Part shown: one piece after another, positions 59,598 to 64,000 of the stretch
Position numbering within the stretch: the first letter of the stretch is position 1
How the letters are laid out: the number at the start of each line of letters is the position of its first letter
Assembly (NCBI GenBank): GCA_048941285.1
Contig: JBHLNS010000010.1
Span: forward strand, 1-64,000
From: Promethearchaeota archaeon
Lineage (GTDB): Archaea; Asgardarchaeota; Lokiarchaeia; Sigyniarchaeales; SOKP01
DNA: 64,000 nucleotides
Direction: 5' to 3'
Position numbers and translations under genes: made by a program
The notes under the pieces: generated by a model
Database searches by the model: none
What the model was told of the DNA's origin: nothing
Seen by the model: only the letters and a program-made list of their open reading frames with translations

Positions 59598-60332
59598 ATG
59601 AATGACCAAAAAACCACAAATTCTGAGGATTTAACTAGAAAAGAGCGTAAAGTATTAAGAACTAAAACTATCATTTTGGAGGCGGCAAGAGAATTATTTT
59701 CTGAAAAAGGTTTTGATTTCATTACAATGGAAGAAATCGCCGATTTAGCTGCTTTAAGTAGGGCAACTTTATATAATTATTTTAATACAAAAGAAGAGAT
59801 TTACTTTAACATTGGTTTGTCAAAGATAGAAGATTGGATTGAACAATATAATGCATTAAACTCTACTAATTATTCAGGTAAAAAACTAGTGATATTCTTG
59901 GCTGAAAATTTAGTAAAAGATATTTTAGAATTCCCTTTTTATTCTAAATTGTTAAGGAGATTTTTTTATAGAAGCATAGAATTGAATCTTCCTATTCAAG
60001 ATATATTTTATAGTAGCATGATTGAAAAAAAAGAAATTCAGGAGAATTCAAAATTTGATGCTCAAAATAAAATATTTCTTGATTTATTGGATGCTTATAT
60101 TAATTATAGACAGTTGTGGAAAAATTCTATTGAAATTGGAGTAAAGGACGGATCTATTTTATCAACTTCAAATCTCATACACCTTAATTTCTTTTTAATT
60201 ATGAGTATTTTTGGCCTTTTGGATCAAATAGATTTCAGGCGCTCTTTAATGAAAATGGTTAATTTATCTAATAAAGAAATAACTAATTTCATTCTACGTC
60301 TAACTTCAAAATTTCTTGAAGGCGAAATTTAA
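59598..60332 (+). CDS. TetR/AcrR family transcriptional regulator
   Basis: ILEAARELFSEKGF..ITMEEIA..A.LSRATLYNYF.TKEEI. Confidence 0.92.
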   Translation: MNDQKTTNSEDLTRKERKVLRTKTIILEAARELFSEKGFDFITMEEIADLAALSRATLYNYFNTKEEIYFNIGLSKIEDWIEQYNALNSTNYSGKKLVIFLAENLVKDILEFPFYSKLLRRFFYRSIELNLPIQDIFYSSMIEKKEIQENSKFDAQNKIFLDLLDAYINYRQLWKNSIEIGVKDGSILSTSNLIHLNFFLIMSIFGLLDQIDFRRSLMKMVNLSNKEITNFILRLTSKFLEGEI

Positions 60333-60369
60333 TTGCCAAATTATTATAAAATTAATAATAATTATATTT

Positions 60370-61530
60370 CTACTTCTTCATTTTTGGAGCAATGACTGAA
60401 TCAGATTTGACTACTTTCTGAAGCATTTTGAAAGCCTTTTTAGATGTTGAAAACGTTCTAGCATTGTACTTCTTTATTATATCCCTGAGTTCCTCATCAA
60501 AAATTCTTACAAACACTTCAATATGAGGATATCGCAAATTTAACTTAGAAGTAAGATAAATTGATTCGTCAAATTCAGATTCTCGCTTCCAACATATAAA
60601 AACTTGAGTAACTTCCTCTAACTTCACATGAGCTCTTAAATCACTTAAAAAACAAGCGAATTCATGGCATATATGTAACTGATTATTCACGACAAATTCA
60701 ATACCATCATGAACATCATCAAAAAGATAAACTTCCCTGCTTGGTTGTTGAGAAATATGATATGCAATGCGATGGGTCAAACTGTCTCGACCAATAACAA
60801 TTGCCCCACCGGTCTTGTCTTTAGTCCATTGAATGATATTATCCATAGCCCATTTAGATGTTGAGAAAGAAAATGCGTTCAATGGAGGGTTTTTAAGATA
60901 TTCTTGTACATGATCTTCAAAAGCTCGAACATAGATATGACAATCTGGATTCATCTTACGGATTTTTTCAGTACAAATTATTGCAATTCTTACATCATTG
61001 ATATTAATAAAAACCTCCTTTGCACGTTTTACATTTGCTAATTCAAGATTGGTTGTCTCAGTGGCGTCACCAATTACGACTGGCTGTCCTGCATTAATTA
61101 AATCTTCTACAGCTTCTTCGCTATCTTCAATAAGAGAAAAGGGTTTTTTGTTTTCAACACAATATTCTATTATTCTCTCAGAAAGATGGTGATATCCGAT
61201 AATTACCGCATGATTTCGTTTATGAGAAGCGAGAATTCTACTTGTAATAACAGGATTATATTTTTCAAATAATTCTCCCATAATAAAACCAAAAAAAATT
61301 ACTTCTAGTAAAATTGGCCATACTATGGCATAAAATTGACCAAAATCTCCAGCATCAGATGGAATGTTTACAATTATTGAAAATAAAAATATCTGAGCTA
61401 AACTATATTCAGGTTCAGTGATAAGAAAGAAGAGAAAACCAGCAAACCAAAAAAGAAAGAAAAATATAAACTGCAATTTATATTGTTTAAGCTTAAGATG
61501 GATTATAATGAATGAATTAAGGATGTTCAT
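60370..61530 (-). CDS. 2-TM + tandem RCK/TrkA-N protein (K+ channel-like, no GYG filter)
   Basis: NHAVIIGY, GDAT...L..ANV..A, HIYVRA; a second RCK-like unit; the segment between the TMs lacks TVGYG. Confidence 0.75.
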   Translation of the reverse strand: MNILNSFIIIHLKLKQYKLQFIFFFLFWFAGFLFFLITEPEYSLAQIFLFSIIVNIPSDAGDFGQFYAIVWPILLEVIFFGFIMGELFEKYNPVITSRILASHKRNHAVIIGYHHLSERIIEYCVENKKPFSLIEDSEEAVEDLINAGQPVVIGDATETTNLELANVKRAKEVFININDVRIAIICTEKIRKMNPDCHIYVRAFEDHVQEYLKNPPLNAFSFSTSKWAMDNIIQWTKDKTGGAIVIGRDSLTHRIAYHISQQPSREVYLFDDVHDGIEFVVNNQLHICHEFACFLSDLRAHVKLEEVTQVFICWKRESEFDESIYLTSKLNLRYPHIEVFVRIFDEELRDIIKKYNARTFSTSKKAFKMLQKVVKSDSVIAPKMKK

Positions 61531-61692
61531 AACTTAAGATAAAACACCAGAATATAAAAAAAATATGATCTAATTGAATATCATTTCGTTTAATTTTTTG
61601 TCAGTTTTGGCAATTGGGAATAATTATACCTTATTTCTTTTTATGTCAATCGCATTTTGTTTAAACACAAACTTTTATGAGGTTTGAAATTA

Positions 61693-64000
61693 ATGAGAAA
61701 AAAACAAATTATAGGATTATTACTAATCCTGAGTATCGTAAATATTGCTGGCTTCTCAATGGCTATATTTACGATTAATAAAACTGTAAGTGATATTAAT
61801 AATGATTTATTAAATTCACTTAAAATCAAGGATTACAAACCATTCGATGCTACTGCTCGTTTTGAAGATAAGACTATTGATGATTCACAAAGTCTTAAAT
61901 TTATCGCTTTAAAAGGCGAAATTCTTGATATCGAAAACACTTGGACAGTGCCGCTCATAGATGATTATACAGGAGAGGTATATGACCAGGATTTTGAATG
62001 TGTATTAGAAGGAGTACATTGCAATATTTGGATTGGATTAAGCCCTGATATTTGGGAGGGTGGATTCCAAGATGAATACGATGCTCAAGGCGAAGGCTTT
62101 GAAGATGATATCTGGTATTTTGCATACCCTTGGAGTTCTATAGGTATTGACGCGATAGAAGCTGAAGCTCCTGATCCTGATAATGATGGCTATTATTTAC
62201 CACCTGAATATCGGGATTGGGTAACTGGAGCGAATCTATTAGACATAAGAGATGAATTCGATGATAATATCCATGATAGTGTTATTGACCATTTTGGTCA
62301 ATATGCTGCCCGACCAGGCCCCTTAGAAGACTATAAAATTCAAGTATTGATATTCAATATCCGAGATGGACTATTCTATGATCCAATAAATGCACCATGG
62401 TTTACAATAGGTTATTTCTGGTCATATGCAAGTGAACTTAATGATGCAAATATATTTCACATGGATACATATCAATGGTGGAGACGACAAGGTGAACCAA
62501 CTAACATTTATTATGGTCTTGGACCGCTTCCACTTCAATATGAAGGTACTTTCGCTCATGAATTTCAACACTTGGTACATCACGATGTTGATGGGGATGA
62601 ATTATCTTGGGTTAATGAAGGATGTTCGGTATTAGCAGAGTGGATTTGTGGATATGGATTCCCAGCAGGACATATTTCTGAGTATTTGCTCTATTGGTGG
62701 GATGTTTCTTTAGTAATCTGGCAAGGTACACTGGCAGATTATGGTGTATGTTTTCTGTGGACTTTCTATATGTGGGAACACTATGGTGGAGATCCATTAA
62801 TATGGGATATTGTTCATGAACAAACCAATGGAATAGAAGGTTGGAATAATGTTCTTACGGCTCATGGTGTAGAGAAATCATTTGATGAGATTTTCCAAGA
62901 TTGGGCTATAGCAAACTATCTTGATGGTGAAGGAATCTATGGTTATGAAGCTTTAGATATCCCTTCAGCAGATACTGAAGGGTGGGATATAGCTCAAACT
63001 TTATACTTATGGGAACATAATAATCCAACTCTATTTGATACAGAAGTTCAAACTTATCCTAATTATGGATACAATTATCCATATGGATCTTCATTGCCTT
63101 ATGTTGTCAATTACGTTAATTTCTATAAAGTGGGAGCCCCACATATACTCACGGTGAATTTTGATGGTGATGATTTATGTGGTATCCCCTCCCATGAAGG
63201 AGATTATAAGTGGCATTCAGGTGGAGATGCTTGGGCTTGGTTTAGATTAGAACAAACATTTTCCATACCAGAAGGCGGAGCAACGTTAAACTTTTGGAAC
63301 AATTTTGAAATTGAAGAAGAATGGGACTTTGGCTATGTAGAAGTTCATGATCTTACTACTGATGAGTGGTACACATTACCAGGAATAATGACTGTTGATG
63401 ATTGTGGTTTCAATTACCAAACAGACAACGAAAATTGCCCTGATGGTTTTGAACCAACTGATTATTATGATGCAGGGCGATGGCATGCATTCACAGGCTC
63501 TAGTGGTGGTTGGTATCAGGAAGAGATGGACCTCTCATTGTTTGCTGGGCATGAAATAGAATTGTATTTTACTTATTGGACGGATCCATATACTCTTGAG
63601 GCGGGTTGGTATATTGATGAAATAGAGATCCCCGAAATTGGGTTCAGTGATACTGTTGAAAATGAAGAACATGGTTGGACAGTATATGATGGATGGTATC
63701 GAAGCAATATACTTTACGACAATAGTTTTACAGTAAGTTTCATCGATTTTGTCAACATCTACTCTAATAGTGGAAACTTATTAGCGTCTTCATATGAGTT
63801 AGAATTTATGAATCTTGATCCAGAAACTGAAACTGGTCAAAAGATTTCTGCTTTAATAGATAATGGTGGACTTCAAACATACACAATAATGGTAGCTGCT
63901 AACCAACCAGGCTTTGAACATACTTTTGGAACAGCCTATTCCTTTACCGCTGAAGCTGATAAAGTAGAAGATTATAACTGGCTTTGGCGTTGGTTGTTTG
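61693..64000 (+). CDS. Secreted zinc metallopeptidase (HEFQH; M30/immune inhibitor A-like), 3' truncated; absent from the ORF track
   Basis: Translated by hand: signal peptide MRKKQIIGLLLILSIV; T.AHEFQHL.H (HEFQH at 62557-62571); WVNEG.S..AE; DYG; InhA-like C-domain EEEWDFGYVEV, DLS.FAG, GWYID; no stop before 64000. Confidence 0.85.
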   Translation, partial: MRKKQIIGLLLILSIVNIAGFSMAIFTINKTVSDINNDLLNSLKIKDYKPFDATARFEDKTIDDSQSLKFIALKGEILDIENTWTVPLIDDYTGEVYDQDFECVLEGVHCNIWIGLSPDIWEGGFQDEYDAQGEGFEDDIWYFAYPWSSIGIDAIEAEAPDPDNDGYYLPPEYRDWVTGANLLDIRDEFDDNIHDSVIDHFGQYAARPGPLEDYKIQVLIFNIRDGLFYDPINAPWFTIGYFWSYASELNDANIFHMDTYQWWRRQGEPTNIYYGLGPLPLQYEGTFAHEFQHLVHHDVDGDELSWVNEGCSVLAEWICGYGFPAGHISEYLLYWWDVSLVIWQGTLADYGVCFLWTFYMWEHYGGDPLIWDIVHEQTNGIEGWNNVLTAHGVEKSFDEIFQDWAIANYLDGEGIYGYEALDIPSADTEGWDIAQTLYLWEHNNPTLFDTEVQTYPNYGYNYPYGSSLPYVVNYVNFYKVGAPHILTVNFDGDDLCGIPSHEGDYKWHSGGDAWAWFRLEQTFSIPEGGATLNFWNNFEIEEEWDFGYVEVHDLTTDEWYTLPGIMTVDDCGFNYQTDNENCPDGFEPTDYYDAGRWHAFTGSSGGWYQEEMDLSLFAGHEIELYFTYWTDPYTLEAGWYIDEIEIPEIGFSDTVENEEHGWTVYDGWYRSNILYDNSFTVSFIDFVNIYSNSGNLLASSYELEFMNLDPETETGQKISALIDNGGLQTYTIMVAANQPGFEHTFGTAYSFTAEADKVEDYNWLWRWLF

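Noticed and set aside
1360-62797. Many short antisense or overlapping ORFs in the track (e.g. 1360-1584, 17712-18122, 23367-23738, 51268-51615, 61641-61829, 62426-62635)
   Set aside because: They are shadows of well-supported genes on another strand or frame and carry no motifs
1-64000. CRISPR arrays, rRNA/tRNA genes, IS elements, prophage
   Set aside because: No regularly spaced 25-40 nt repeats, GC-rich structural RNA, transposase, integrase or capsid motifs were seen by eye; a tool-based scan could still find weak cases

Overview
AT-rich (roughly 30% GC by eye), densely coding prokaryotic window, most likely from an Asgard archaeon of the Lokiarchaeia type. This is inferred from a Rab-like small GTPase, a longin+roadblock-like protein, archaeal BRE/TATA promoters, GGTGA/GGAGG RBSs, oligo-T terminators and GGR and DGGGP-synthase-like homologs. 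I found no rRNA, intact tRNA, CRISPR array or transposase. Main blocks: (1) two paralogous ABC-exporter loci under different regulators, one led by a membrane bPH_2-XRE-HTH fusion plus a soluble XRE (1296-5087), the other with small membrane proteins, an unannotated 31-aa peptide, three tandem multi-TM paralogs and a wHTH regulator (25681-31100); (2) an AbrB/HgcC-like gene, arsM and dsrEFH/tusDCB-like genes (17687-20293); (3) a glycan-utilisation block with a membrane-anchored PL11 lyase, GH3, Gfo/Idh/MocA, ThuA, SDR, flavoproteins and a lyase-like protein (33812-50847); (4) scattered eukaryote-like proteins, including a candidate claudin/PMP22-like tetraspan (14106-14552); (5) a large secreted HEXXH metallopeptidase missing from the ORF track that runs off the right end (61693->64000). 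All family calls come from motif recognition by eye, not database searches.
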